A stretch of DNA of 64,000 nucleotides from Octopus sinensis (GCF_006345805.1 NC_043013.1:48360001-48424000), one strand, 5' to 3'; numbered from the stretch's first letter, positions 1 through 14,640 are shown. Numbers and translations: made by a program. Notes: a model not told the origin generated them from the sequence alone.

Positions 1-359
1 TGATTCAGATGTGTTTATAACAAGAAACAGCTAAATTTATTTCCCAAATGTTTTACATAGTTCAACCTACACAAGGTAATGTGTAAATAACAAAATAGGA
101 ATTCCAAAAGAAGTATCTATAAAATTAGGTTTTAAACATCGAATGGGTGGGGGGGTCCACCAGAATAAAATAGTAACCAAAGGCGTCCATAGATAAAAAT
201 GGTTGAGAACCACAGGAATAACAGATTATGAAAGAAAATTTTTAACAGCACTTGCTGTCGTCAGTGGGTCAGTATAATGACTGGTACAAGATCTCATAGC
301 CTTCTCATGTGAAACTTATGATTTGGTCATAAAGGTAGTTTAGAAATATCACATTTTAT

Positions 360-580
360 TTAACCCTTTAGCATTCAAACAGGCCATACCCAACCCGAAG
401 ATCTGATTTGCTTTTATGTTCAAACTGGCTAGATCAGACCTCTCGTATTTACCCTACAATGTCACTCTAAACATAAACAACCACATCATCAAAATCATGA
501 AGCTATGAAATAATACTTGGTTAATTTGAACCAATGTGGATAAATAAGTATAAGGCTTCATCTGAATGCTAAAGGGTTAA
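360..580. mobile_element. piggyBac-type MITE family A
   Basis: TTAA-CCCTTTAGCATTCA...TGAATGCTAAAGGG-TTAA. Confidence 0.85.
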
Positions 581-3500
581 TAGATCAAAGCCAACGTTTG
601 TTCTGATCCGCACTGTATAAAATAAATTTCATGCAATACGGAATAGTACATATCATCTTTTCTAACTGAAGAAAATTTTACAGCATCTGAAATATCAATG
701 TTTTGCATTTATTGATACAAATTTCATAGAAATTCTGATAAGATCGAAAACATAGGGATGCTTCTATCTTGTAAAGATATTTTGCAGGGAACATATTAAA
801 AAAAATTAACTTCAAACCGAAATGGAAGTTGTCAGCTTATCGAGTTGTGAGGGGGAACTAAACACGCTGCTCAAAACGTTAAAATCTCTTAATCAACATT
901 AACCAGGATTTATTTAACAGCTGAAATAAGCCATAGCCAAATGGAAATTACAATAAAACTCTTGCATTGATTTACATTGGTGTTAACCGATAGTAAACAC
1001 TGATGGCAAGTGTGGCTGTGTTGAAATATTCATGTGTGATCTACTCACATGCACATAAAATACTTATTCTACAACTATATGACTTAATTAAAATACATAA
1101 TAAAACATATTTTCATCGTATGCATTAAAAGGTCAAAAGACATACGGATGGAGCACTTCAGAAACAAAACAAGTCAAAGAGAAAATTAACATTACAAATT
1201 TCTCTTCAAAACGAGAAAGAAAGAAAAGCGGTGAGCTGAATTTAACTTGTGATAAAGCAAGCAAAACACCGAAACCTACGCATAAATAATAACAGTAATT
1301 TAAAGTTATAATCAATTTGAGAATCTGAGTTTTAACAAAATTATATTTCTTAGTAGGAAAATATCTGACAAAATATTGAAATGTCAAACTGTATGAAGAT
1401 ATATAGCAGCAAGGGATAACTCATATTTAAAATTCCATTAGCCATTTACATTATTGTTCTTCAGATATTTTAAAGACTATATTCTACCTTAAGATATGAA
1501 GTTTAGAAAATGAGGAGGTTTTTGTTACTGCTTTTATTATTTTTTTTTCTTTGTTCTTAAAGACAAGCTAACATTTAAAGAGACACTAGAATTACGTTTA
1601 AAGTTATCTTGAATTTTAAAAAATCCTAACTTTGTATGAATTTGCCTACTAGAAGATTGAGCTTTTTCATCTAAATTCCACTACGTCTGAGTATGTGTTC
1701 AGTGTAGTGTAATGACTTAGGAAGCTTCTTGTTTAAATAACAGTAAAGCATCAGACATATGTGTGCACTGTTTGTGAGGTATTAGACATACATAATTACC
1801 TGCCCATTACCTCTGTATGTAGCAAAAATGAACATATGTCAAAGATCATATCAGTAAGCAATGGGTTTTATTCGAAAAACGATCATCAGAAGAAATTCAT
1901 AAACTGATTAAAACATATTGATTAAATATTGCTCAAGTTCAAGTTATAGAAGTGGTCCAGATTTCGAGAATGATAGTTTGCATTTGACTCTTCTGTATTA
2001 AGATTCCAACTGCCATGGTTACTTCAAAATTAGCCAAGTAAAATAACTATTCTAAATAAGATCCAGAGTTGTACAAAATAATTCTTTTGTTTCGAACAAT
2101 TAAGAATTTAATATAGATGTTTTATGCCAAATATTAGCAACATATTTTGCAAGTATAATAAGGAACTAATTAGTATGTATTTTGCATTTCATATTTTCAT
2201 TAAATAATACATTAGGGGCAAAATTACATTTGCCTTGCAAATTCTGCTTTTATATGAAAGGCTGGTAGTAAATGAACTGAATAAATTTGCATTACTACCC
2301 AAAGTCCTGAGCTATGACAAACTTATTAGACTCCTTAAGACAAGTAATTCAGAATAATTATGAAGGTAACTACTTCAAAAAAGATTAATTAAAATTATTT
2401 AGCACAATAAAGAAAAATGAAGTTTGGCAAAACAACTCAGAACATGTATCTAAGCAATGTACAATCATTTCAAAAACATACTACCCTCTATAGCTGTAAT
2501 GTTGTGTTACTGTGTCTGAGACAAAACTTGGATGAAAATTGTACTAAGCTGTGTTGCTAAACACTGTTGAAAACATCTTGATAATATAAGATTAGGAAAT
2601 TTACACGCACTGATAAAAAAACAAACTTTTATTCCAATAATCAAGTTCAAAAATTGTACAACTTTGATCATTTTCAAATAGTCAGACTAGCATAGTAACA
2701 GTTTAGACTTGAGATAAATATTTCTATTGGTAAAACAAATATTTATGAAAACTACTATCTCATATAGAAAGGAAAAATTTGACAAGCAAATAAAGAATAT
2801 ATTTAAGAGTTTGTCAAATGAATGGCTACTTCATTAAAATTTATTTTACCATGACTAATTTGTCTTTGATTTTATGCTAACCAATTGGCAAATATTTAAT
2901 TTTACTAACTCTTTAAAGGGATTGTATAAATAATAAAGCTAATTTGCTAACATTCAGAGAGCATAAACTCTAAATAAATGTACAAAGACTAAGTTTAATT
3001 ACCAGGGTTTTATGTCTGGTTAGTTTAATGTAGTAAGTACCTATGTGGATATGATGAGATACCTTTATATGCACGGCTAGACTATTTTACAAAACATCTC
3101 AATATTGCTTGGTTATACTGTACCACAAATTTGCAAAAGAATTTAGAACTGAAGAACAGTGTATTGACCTGGTTACTACTCTGATTATTATTGCAAATAA
3201 AGCTAGTGCAGTTAATAAATGGGTATTATAATGGATCATATTTTAAAAGTAACACTTTTATCTTTTAAGCAGCTTAAGGAAAGAGTGAGTTCATAGAGTT
3301 GAAGCTCTAAGGGGGCAAACAACGAAGGAAAAAAAAAAAAAAACACTGAAATTGTGTCTATAATATAATAAAGTCTAGCTATTTCAAAGGACCTAATATT
3401 CATTTAAACTATTTGGAATAAAATGTAGTAAGCATTTCTCTCTAAAGTAAGCAAGCATTTCTCTCTAAAGCCTTATATGAGTTAATTTCACACAAAACTT

Positions 3501-4729
3501 TTCTATCAAAATAGAGAACATTAAAAACTCAGTATCAAAAGCAAATTGTGAACATTTGCCAAATTCTTTTTTTTTTTTGTTTTGTTTCTTTCTTCAACTG
3601 AATTTCAGACAATCTTTAAAAATTTATTATATCTGAAAGAAACAAAAAGAAATAACTGCAGGCAGTTGGTACTAAATCTATTGTAAAAAGTAAATTTTTC
3701 TCCACCAAATGGAAGATGCTTTCGATGGGAAAAAATTTTTATCAAAATGCAAATGAAAAAAAAAAAAAAAATATTCGTTTTTCTCTTTCTACTCTAGTCT
3801 TCATTGATTCAATGTTCTGAGTATATCTTAACTTTTTCAAACATAATTGAATTAACATTTTTCTTTCAACTTAGTATTTTTCTTCTTAAAGAAAGACAAA
3901 ACAGCTTTTCAAAAGGATATATGTTTGTGTTGCTTAAGCAACATATCTTTTTTTCATTTTTTCTTCTCAAAACTATAATTCTTAAAGAAAAACAAATTTT
4001 CCCTTTTATTCATTTGCTTTCCAGTACCTTTACTATTTATTTATTTATTCATTGTTTTTCAGTGTTTTAGTAGTTGCTTTTTTTTCTTTTCTTTTTATTT
4101 TTTTTTCTTCTTATGTCTCTTTTGTTGACAGGTTTCATATAGCTTAGAGCCATTTTCTGACAAATAAAGAACCATGTACACAACTAGTTTAAGGAAAGCA
4201 ATAAAACAGAAACATGACTGACACAGTGCGAACATAAATAGGAACATTATCAACATAGTAGCTGCAGATTTAAGGAAAATAATCAGTGATCATAAGACAA
4301 AAGTTTTAAAACATAAATATTTACAAAAACAAAATAACTGATGATAGAATTAAACTGAAACTATAATTTCTAAGGTGCCACTGAATGGGAGATGATGGTT
4401 AAGTTGATAGCTAAAAGCACATTATAAACATACAGCGGAATACAAAGATGACTTGGGTTGTTTAAAAATATAACACTCGTTAAAAAGAAACGCATCCCCA
4501 GAATCAAAACTGGAGAACAGAAATAATATATTGTTTTGTATTAATATAAGCAAAATGAAATGCCACAACACCATATTTACCATCTATTTCCTAAATATCT
4601 AGCAAATTCAATATTGATAGGAAATTTTAGTTGAGATTATTTCTGAATACCAACAATTGCTGATTTGCTTTTATCACATGAACAGTTCAGAAATGATTTT
4701 ATAAACCAAGTAAAAGCAAACATCATTAC

Positions 4730-4940
4730 TTAACCCTTTTGTTACCAAATTGCTATTAAAATATATTACTTTTGTTTCAATTAATTTTGAAAATATTGAA
4801 GAATTTAGTCAAGGAACATTGTCATTATTTGGAACATAAATTTACATGAAAATTAAATGGAAGATTTTAGTTTTGGATCAGTTTAAAATAGGAAGTTTTT
4901 GTCATAGAACCAAGGGCCAGGTTGGTAACAAAAGAGTTAG
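4730..4940. mobile_element. piggyBac-type MITE family B
   Basis: TTAACCCTTTTGTTACC...GGTAACAAAAGAGTTA termini. Confidence 0.75.
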
Positions 4941-5608
4941 CACCTGAAGAAAATAAGATTTCAACTCATATACTCAAAAAATTCTCAAGAGATTTCAATC
5001 ATTCTAAGACAGATTGTAAAGAACTGTTTTCTATTTCGCATCCTAGTTAAAAATGGATATTTGGCTAAGATGATAGTTGTGATTGCTCAATAAAATATTG
5101 TCTCCAAGGAACTGAAATACATTGAACCCAAGTTCTCTCATTGTGTTTGTGAAAAGTTTTGTCAACGACAATCATTGTTGATAACTGTAGCATCTCTAAT
5201 TCTCTGAAAAGTATTTATGGCATCAGTCACACCGAAAGGAAGTCTTATGAACTGGAACAAGCCTTCATCAATTTGAATTGGAGAGCATCATTTATCGACA
5301 TTGCTTTTGATTTTAAATTGAGTTTGCTGTAGTGTTTACTATGGAAAACAGAACTCAAAAGATCATCAAAACAGAAGTAATTTATAGTTAGTAAATACTT
5401 AATAACAAAGCACTGTTTGCCACCGTTTCTTACTGTTACCACTTGTATTTGCAATGGAGGGATTGAGGCTCAGTAATACCATTTCAGCATGAATGTTCTT
5501 AGGGGCTAAACCCTTTTCCTGCAAGTACTTGATAACAGCACAATGCCAAATTTTGTCCATTTTGAAACGAAATTGCTACCAGTAACATTTGAAGTCTTCT
5601 TTGAACAC

Positions 5609-6530
5609 CATCATCATCATCATTTAACGTCCATTTTCCATGTTGGCATGGGTTGGATGGTTTGACTGGGGACTGGCAAGCCAAGAGGCTGCACCAGGTT
5701 CCAATCTGATTCAGCAATGTTTCTACAGCTGGATGCCCTTCCTAACACCAACCATTCCAAGAGTGTAGTAGGTGCTTTTTTACGTGCCACTGGCATGGGA
5801 GTCAGTCAGGCGGCACTGGCATCAGCCACGTTCGGGTGGTGCTTTTTTATGGGCTGCCAGCACAGAAGCCAGTGGGGGCGGGGGGCTGGCATCGACCACA
5901 TTCGGATGGTGCTTCTTACATGCCACCAGCATGGGGAGCCAGTCCGGCAGCACTGGCAATGACCCACGCATGGGTGGTGCTTATTGTGTGCCACTGGCAT
6001 GAGAGCCAGTCAGGTGGCACTACCATCAGCCAAAACTACAATTTCCATTTGATTGTGATTTGATTTGATTTTAATTTTACTTGATTCAATAGGTCTCCTT
6101 AGACAAGGCATGTCGCCCGACGATTCAGAGGTACTTTTTAAATGAGCTGGTTATGCAACACTGGTGTCGACTACGGCTGTGATCTCACTTTACTTGCTGG
6201 GTCTTCTCAATCACAGCATATTTCCAGAGATCCTGGTCTTTCGCCATTGCTTCTGTGAGGCTCATCGTTCAAAGGTCATGTTTCACCACCTCATCCCATG
6301 TCTTCCTGGGTCTCCCTCTTCCACGGGATCCTTCTACTGTTAGGGAGTGACACTTCTTCACACAGCTCTCCTCATCCATATGCAGCACATGACCATACCA
6401 GTGCAGTCGCCTCTCTTGCACACAACATCTGATGCTTCTTATGTCCAACATTTCTCTCGGGGAGCTTACACTCTGTCATGTGTGCACACTGACATTACAC
6501 ATCCAGTGGATCATACTAGCTTCATTGATC
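5609..6530 (-). mobile_element. 5'-truncated RTE-clade LINE (ORF C-terminus, 3'UTR and (TGA)n tail)
   Basis: RLHWYGHVLHM...GRGRPRKTWDEVV at 6269-6451, followed by a 3'UTR with internal repeats of about 60 bp and the GGATGCCCTTCCTAAC motif. Confidence 0.85.
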
Positions 6531-7297
6531 CGCTAGTCAGATGTAAATTTACCAGGAAGGAAAGAATGAAGTTATTAAGAAGAAGAACTGAAATTAACGT
6601 ATGCAAGATTTCACAAGTCTAACATCACTCCTTCATAGTCATCCTACAAACTTTTCAGCTCACCCTTGTACATTCTAAAATATTAAGAAACAGAAATTTC
6701 ACAATATGAGAACAGTGATTACAATGTCAATTTCTTTTTTTTTTTTTTTCTGTTAGTATTTTTATACTATCTTATCCATTGAAATCAATTCAAATTCTGT
6801 CCAAGTTATAAATTCTTTTTTTATACAAGCTAGTTAAAAACAAGTCATTCAATAAAGGGAAAAGCTACTATTTCTAATATTTCCAAAATATTTGTATTTT
6901 TGTGTAACAATCAAAATCTATTACATTTTACCTAATCTTCATAATAAACTGTTGTGGAAAAATTTTCCTTCTGTTGCATAAATATTTGATTTAATTTTGC
7001 ATTAGTACAATATATGTTTAATATACAAATTAAATTGATTACTACTTATTTTAATAACCCTAAAAAAATAAAACACCAAGTCACAGTCTAAATTATATTT
7101 AGAAAAATCAGAAAAATACTAATGTAAGTTTTTACCAGCTTTCAGTCTGAGCCAGCAAACTCAGACCTTCATAGTTCCCCTACCACTATGAGTAATTATA
7201 CTCAAGAACAGCTCAGATCACTACTGCAACACTATTATTAAAATCTCTGTCGTCAATACTCAGTGAAAGCAAAAACAAAACGAAAAATATACATTGA

Positions 7298-7461
7298 GTG
7301 CAGGCACGGATGTGTGGTAAGAAACCTGCTTCCCAACCACATGGTTCTGGGCTCAGTCTCACTGCCTGGCATTTGCTGGTAGAGCAAATGGATTCTACTA
7401 TAGCCTCAGGCCAACCAAAGCCTTGTGAATGGATTTGGTAGATGGAAACTGAAAGAAGTTC

Positions 7462-7497
<36 letters not shown>

Positions 7498-7670
7498 CCA
7501 CCACTATTTGATAACTGGTGTTGGTGTGTTTACGTCCCTTTAACTTAGCAGCTCAGCAAAAAAGTACCAGGCTTGAAAAAAAATAAGTACTAGGGTTGAT
7601 TCATTCAACTAAAAAAATTCTTCAGGCAGTGCTCCAGCATGGCCACAGTCTAATAACTGAAACAAGATAA
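7298..7670 (+). mobile_element. tRNA-derived SINE family 1 (internal microsatellite)
   Basis: Head GTGTGGTAAG...CCACATGGTTC, (TG)n middle, tail TGACTGAAACAAG; multicopy in the window. Confidence 0.85.
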
Positions 7671-7756
7671 AATATGTACTGAGAAAATAGTAGCATAAAA
7701 TACTGTGTACCAGCAGAGACAAGAGCATAGTAACAACAGTAGCTGAGACTCTATAC

Positions 7757-7975
7757 CAGTGGTTTTCAACAAGGGTTCCCCGGAACCTTAGGGTTCCGCC
7801 AGTACAGTCCAGGGGTTCCGCAAGAAGTTACAAAATTGCTAAAATCGGCAGTAATTTTTAAGTCTCCTGTGCAGATATATGTGCATAATACTATCAAATT
7901 ATTGTACAGGGGTTCCTCGAGCCAGTGGAATGTTTCCTTGGGGTTCCGCTCCAGTAAAAAGTTTGAAAAGCACTG
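7757..7975. mobile_element. hAT/Charlie-type MITE
   Basis: CAGTGGTTTTCAA...TTGAAAAGCACTG TIRs with a perfect 8-bp TSD CTCTATAC (7749-56 and 7976-83). Confidence 0.9.
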
Positions 7976-8315
7976 CTCTATACACTTTGTCCACTTCAAC
8001 TGTAGTCATGGCCAGAATCTACAGACAAGTCAACTGAAAAACAGCACCATGCCCCACCATTATAAGAAACTCCATGAGTGTACAGAGCAGAACAATGGTT
8101 CTGTGGATCACACTGAGATGTTTAGTTCAACTAACTATCGATGAAACATCAATGTTTATCTGTGAACAAACAACAAATTAAAGATTTCAAATATTGGCAT
8201 GTGCCATTTTTTTAATACATTCTCTCACAAGAAAGCTTTAGTCATATAAACTTCAATCACAGAGTCAAACCACATTGACTATAATGCTTATGGTAGATCT
8301 GGTATACTTAACACC

Positions 8316-9320
8316 TTAACCCTTTTGATACTAACCCAAACAAGACCATCCCTGCTTCTATGACACAAACTCCCTATTTTTAAAGTGATTTATATTAACC
8401 CTTTAACGTTTAAACTGACCACATCAGGCCCAAATATCCTAATTGTTTTATGTTCAATCTATTCGCCCCCATTTGTGGATTTCTTTTTTGCTTTTTTCCC
8501 CCTTTAAACTTCAGATTGTATTTGCTGTTTTTGGTGATGTCACATGAAAACAGATTCTACAAGTTGAAATTCAATGCTCTCAATTTAAAAATTAGGTGAG
8601 AAGGAAGGCATGATAGTTTAACTTTGCTCCACAAATAAAAACATCTTTTCTGAAGCAAAGTTTCCAGCCTCTCACACCTACTCTGCAATATCATTCTAAA
8701 AATAAACAATCACTACAAGATAATACAGGATAAATTTCATAAAGTGTGAATGTATAAGTATAACATTTGACAAAGTAATCTGAATGCTAAAAGGTTAGAA
8801 ACTTCAATCAAAATTTCATTTTTAATTTGTTCCAAACACCAGCTTAAAAAGGACAAAGCTATTTGACCAAATTCTTCCTTATTTTCAAAATTAACTGATA
8901 TGAAGACATTCAACAAATGGTGGCTGCTCCCTCGTTATCGAGTATGGCCATTGCACAAAGCTTAATCAATGTTGTTATCGTGCAATGCCTGTGCAAGAAG
9001 ATTTTTTTTTAAAGTGAGGAAAGGCTGTGCACTGAGTCAACCCCACTCACTAAGCAACAGCAGCCATAATCAGAAAAGAAGAACAAGTCAACATCATCGG
9101 TAACCACTGAGCCGCAGGTTTTATGTCGGAGTTATCCCAGTTACCTGAGTTACCTTCTCCTAGAAGGATGCCCTAACAAAGGCTAGGAGTCCTTCACTCC
9201 CAATGGTTTAACCGTGCGACCGGGTATTCAATCCGATTATTTCTATGTCCCCGCGCATGATACAGCCTTAAGACATTTATTGGATGACCGTTGACAAATA
9301 TATGGTAACAAAAGGGTTAA
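8316..9320. mobile_element. MITE family B containing nested insertions
   Basis: Outer TTAA/CCCTTTTG termini; inner family A MITE at 8395-8798; further inserts at about 8456-8664 and 8918-9290. Confidence 0.75.
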
Positions 9321-11091
9321 AAGCTTAAACATGAAAATGGTGTGTCCTGTTTAATAGTCTCAACCCCTGAAGAGTTTCAAACCAACATACACGTTAAAGG
9401 TGTAGCGCTGTTATAAATTCATATTGGTTCTACTTACAAAAAGAAAAAAAGAAAAAAATCAGTATCAACAAAGTGATCTTACACTAACCAAATTATCAAA
9501 ATTTGTTATGATCACTTACATTTAGAATCTCAACTTCAGAAATAGTGATATAATTTGCATTCTTTTGTACAATCGAAAACGGTGAATAGAGACAGATCTC
9601 TAGGTTAGATATTTTAAGACACTTTAAAATAAAAGAAGCATTTTTAAACTAATAATTTTGTTTATATCTAAACTCTGAATGCAGACCCCCGGAAAGGTAG
9701 TGCAAAGCGTAATTAATCTTATATAATAACATAGTGTTGTGGCTATTTTCTATGGAAAAATATTTCTATATCTAGGTCTCATCTAAGAGCAACAGTTAAA
9801 CAGAACAAAATGTAAAATATGAGGGAACATACATAAACACACAAACATAAGTATATATTACATTATTTCTTTAGTTAACAACAGGAACGCATCATTGATA
9901 GTTGAACAGAAATGAAAACTGTAATAATAATGTATCTAAAGCTATTTTAGCTTGGTTCCTTTTTGAGTGTATATACAACAATATTGATCAGGTTCATAAC
10001 CATCAACAAGAAACTAATTTCAGTGTTAAAGACATCAAATAAAAAAAAATAATAGATCCAGCTGACTGATCATCAAATGTGAGTGCAGCAAAATTAAAGG
10101 ATAACATTTTTGTGAGGCTGCAAATCAGGGGAATTTTAATAGATATTGGATTTGAACAAACCCTCTATATAGCAGAACTAAAAACTTAATGGGCTTCTCT
10201 TATTAGATGCTGACGAAGAAAGAGGCTGCCAGCTGACTTTAGAATTACAATCCCTACAATACATTACCATTTTTCAAAATGAAGGACATATTAGACTAAG
10301 AAAGTCCTTACACATTGTGCCAGAAAAAAAAAGCTGGGTCTGGTATGGCCAGAAAAAAAGCTGGGTCTGGTATGGCCAGAATATCTTTGATCTTATGTCT
10401 CACTTTGAGACAGAGTGAAATATGATGAATGTTTCATGGCAGAAGATCAAAAGAAATATACATTAACAGCATTTCCATTTTACCAGTTACTTTTGCTGTT
10501 CTTATTGTCCCTACTGATCCAAAAGACAGTCCTGTACTCAAAAATGCTCAAGCCAGGACTATCCGAACTTATTATTTCAAAAAACTACATAATATATAAT
10601 GAGCTTAATTTTTTTTTCTTTTAATAGTCAGGTATGATTATGGAGAGATTTTTTATATAAAGCTGAGCAATGATTTGGAGTCTACATTATTTACTTGCCA
10701 TCTTATTTGGTAACATGTACTAAAAATTGATGATGAAAACATGTAGTCATCAGAAAATAGTCACCACTAATAAGATGAGAACAGACAAAGTTACACTCAA
10801 GAAATGGCAATGAGGCAATTGATATGACATGAAAATACCATTGTAAAAAAAGAAAATGGTTAAATGTTACAGCCAAAATATATATTTATCATCACTCTCA
10901 CATGCATTAAAAGCAATAGAAAATGGTATAAGCAAATTTATGCTTTATTTGATTCTAATAAAGTTAAATAAAACCATTTTAGATTAGCTGTCAAATTTTA
11001 AAGAGAGAAAAAAACTTTAAGATTTAAATATTAAACTATGTTTATGCACAAGGAAAATTTATTGTTAATATGTATTCTTCCAAAATTTAAG

Positions 11092-11126
11092 GTGTGTGTG
11101 TGTGTATACACACATACATAAGTATG

Positions 11127-11169
<43 letters not shown>

Positions 11170-11293
11170 AAAATCAACAAAACTCTTTTCCTTTCTAATC
11201 ACTAATTGTGTGTGTGTGTGTGTGCAGGCATGATAGATAGATAATTAGATAGACAGACAGACAGACAGGCAGGCAGGCAGACAGGCAGATAGG

Positions 11294-11359
<66 letters not shown>

Positions 11360-11429
11360 CAAAGATAGATACATAGATAGATACAAAGATAGATACATAG
11401 ATAGATAGATAGATACACATAGATAGATG

Positions 11430-11474
<45 letters not shown>

Positions 11475-11492
11475 GGAGAGAGATAGATAGAT
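11092..11492. repeat. Compound microsatellite (TG)n/(TA)n/(GACA)n/(GATA)n
   Basis: Directly visible. Confidence 0.95.
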
Positions 11493-11570
11493 AACTAGAA
11501 TCTAAAGTAAAATTGATTCTATATCCTTTTAACGAACATAAGATAATTCAACATAATATTTGTCTCTTGG

Positions 11571-11611
<41 letters not shown>

Positions 11612-12454
11612 TTAGTAGTCAATTCTTACTGATGGTAAATCTAATTTACTTAAATGTCTCCAGATTTTGCTGCTTCATATCTCACCTAACAAGTGATGGT
11701 CCTTGCCATTCTTATACAACTTCTTGGGCTCTACCATCCCTCCCCATTTACTTATGACTCATATTCTTCCTCTATCTGCCAAAAATTCTATTTTTATTTA
11801 GTGTATGTTTTGCTCTCAAATATTTCACTCTCAAAACTTTGAATTCAAATTCCATTTCAATTTCATTCAATATGCTAATGAGTTTCAACAGGATATGACA
11901 TCATTTATCATCGCAGAAACGAAGAGGATCAAGGGAAGAGAGTCATAAAGAGGATACATTTATAGGCATAAAAATTATGACAATATCATATTTACACTAA
12001 TTTATGAAAATATCAAATTTACAACAATTTTTAACATTATCATTATATTTCATTTAGTTTATATATTCTAAAAATAAAAAATTACAAATGATTAGACAAA
12101 GTATATTGATTTCATAACATTTTGTTACAAATTAAAAATATATGCAGAAAAGGCAATTTCACTATATAAGCAGTGCCATAAAAGCTTGGTTTTTCTATAA
12201 TCTTATGAAATGCTTTCATAGAATATTGAATGTTTCAACAAATACACTTTGATTCATTCTTAAACAGCTACAAAGTAAGGTAAATATATTTATATAGAAT
12301 ACTAATTATTTTCTACAAAATACCAGATGTTACTTTCAAATAAATTATTCATTCATAATTATAGTCATACATATACAAACATACACACACACACATATGC
12401 ATCTATACATTTACATATATATATATCTTTTTACTTCTTTACTATATATATATT

Positions 12455-12673
12455 CTCTTTTACTCTTTTACTTGTTTCAGTCATTTGACAGTGGCCATGC
12501 TGGTGCACTGCATTTAGCCGAGCAAATCAACCCCAAGACTTATTCTTTGTAAGCCTAGTACTTATCCTATCGGTCTCTTTTGCCAAACCGCTAAGTTACA
12601 GGGACATAAACACACCAGCATCTGTTGTCAAGCAATGTTGGGGGCACAAACATATACACACACTCATACATAC

Positions 12674-12711
<38 letters not shown>

Positions 12712-12875
12712 TACAACGGGCTTCTTTCAGTTTCCGTCTACCAAATTCAGTCACAAGGCTTTGGTCATCCCAAGGCTATAGTAGAAAACACTTGCCCAAG
12801 GTGCCATGAAGTGGGATGAACCCGGAACCATGTGGTTCATAAGCAAGTTACTTACCACACAGCCACTCCTACGCC
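12455..12875 (-). mobile_element. SINE family 1, full length
   Basis: Reverse complement of the 21569-21978 copy. Confidence 0.9.
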
Positions 12876-13141
12876 TATATATATATATATTATAAAGTGA
12901 TAGTGTGTTGTCAACTTAATGTGGTAGTCCCATGAAAGGGAAGAATACTCCCCCTTTGAAAATATAAGGATACAGAAAAGGTCTCATGGCCAACTGGAAA
13001 TGGTGTTTCCTAGGGCTAAATAGCAGTAGCATTCTTCCCTTTCATAGGACTGTCACATTAAGTTGGCAACATACCATCACTTTCTCATGCTACTACTGTA
13101 TAAATATCTCTGAGAGATTTAGAAATGTAATATATATATAT

Positions 13142-13430
13142 ATCACCGTGATCACCGTGACTGACCAGGCTATCAGATGTTGCTACACATCGGTGGTCAC
13201 AATGCGCTTTGCATAGTTTTAGCCTTCAAGTGATGCCACCCCGCTGGCTAAGCGAGCAGGCCAACAGAAGAAAGAGTGAGAGAAGTTGTGGCAAAAGAGT
13301 ACAGCAGGGATCGCCACCACCCCCTGCCGGAGCCTCGTGGAGCCTTAGGTGTTTTCGCTCAATAAACACACACAATGCCTGGTCTGGGAATCAAAACCAC
13401 AAGTCCGCTGCCCTAACCACTGGGCCATTG
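13142..13430 (-). mobile_element. tRNA-derived SINE family 3 with (CACGGTGAT)n tail
   Basis: Minus-strand head CAATGGCCCAGTGGTTAGGGCAGCGGACT is A-box-like; tandem 9-mer tail. Confidence 0.75.
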
Positions 13431-13496
<66 letters not shown>

Positions 13497-14239
13497 CATA
13501 AACATGCATATTACATGTGTGTATGGAGAGAGAGGAGAGGATGAGAGGGAGAGTGAACTGTTCCCTTGTTGGTTTTAAGAGTACTTGATCTAGTGAGAGA
13601 TAAGTATCATTTAGTAAATATAGGATTTTATGTGCACTCCTTCAAGTTTCGAGGTCAGAGAGTGCAGTAATCAGACAGGCTTGTATTAGCATACCAAGTA
13701 AAATCCAGCAATCATTCAGATTCAGAAAAAAATATGGTCACTCTGTGGGGGAAGCAAGAAACGACAAGAACAAAAACAGAGAAAAATATGAATGGAAAAA
13801 AAGGAGGATAAGAGTTGTATCCTTTCAGCCCTTTAGGTAAGGAATATTATTGAAGTTGAGTGTTTACATATGATATAACAATGGTTAATGAGGATAATCA
13901 GGTGGGGATAATCAAATGTTAAACTGTGTGTTGAATCTAGAGCTTGAGTGGTGGTCTTCCAGTTCAATGAAAAAAACTTGTCGACATGCTTACATTTTGT
14001 AAAATTTTTTGATTTTGAATTCAAAAAGTCAGTGCAGTTCCTTCTTCTGATACTCTCAACTATAAAGAGCTTTCATTTTTACAGTCCATTACTGTGAAGT
14101 AAATCTCTCTACAATGCTCCACTTGATGGTACACAAAACAATGCTGCCACCCAGGTCCCATGTATGACTTGTGCTTGATGTCTTTACCTACTAACCTATA
14201 TTCAATTGTGCATACTTCATCCACAAAGGGTGTTTTGCA

Positions 14240-14640
14240 TTCACAAGCATCTGTCAATCCCATTTTCTGGCAAGAATGTAGTCAATTTGGCTTGTTTGCC
14301 CACCAGATTGATCAGGTTTCTTGAAGTCTGTGTTGCAGCTCATCATGTCATTTGCATCACAGGACTCCAAGAGTCTTGTTTCCTCATCATTTCCAAGACT
14401 AAAGCTGTGGCCTCCTTGTACATAAAAGAATCCATCAGGTTGTTGCACAACATGTCCAATGAAGTCACCAGCAGATAGATATGGTCACTATAATTTGTCA
14501 TCAAAGTTATCTACAAAGCGTTTCCTAAAATCAGTCCTTCACCAGTCCTGACCGAAGAGCAAACGCAGAGATAAGTGTTACTGTCATGTATTCCAAGACT
14601 AATTTAAACTTAATTATCCTACCACACATTCTCACTACCC
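14240..14640 (-). pseudogene. LINE APE-endonuclease remnant
   Basis: CNTDFKK...SQIDYILARK peptide. Confidence 0.65.

Noticed and set aside
7300-7380. tRNA genes at SINE heads
   Set aside because: No complete cloverleaf; contiguous with SINE bodies.
10319-10380. Direct repeat of about 28 bp
   Set aside because: Simple local slippage duplication with no further structure.
11195-11420. ORFs with YLSI repeats, and similar poly-Y/N/V/I ORFs at 25.7-27.1 kb
   Set aside because: Translations of microsatellites.
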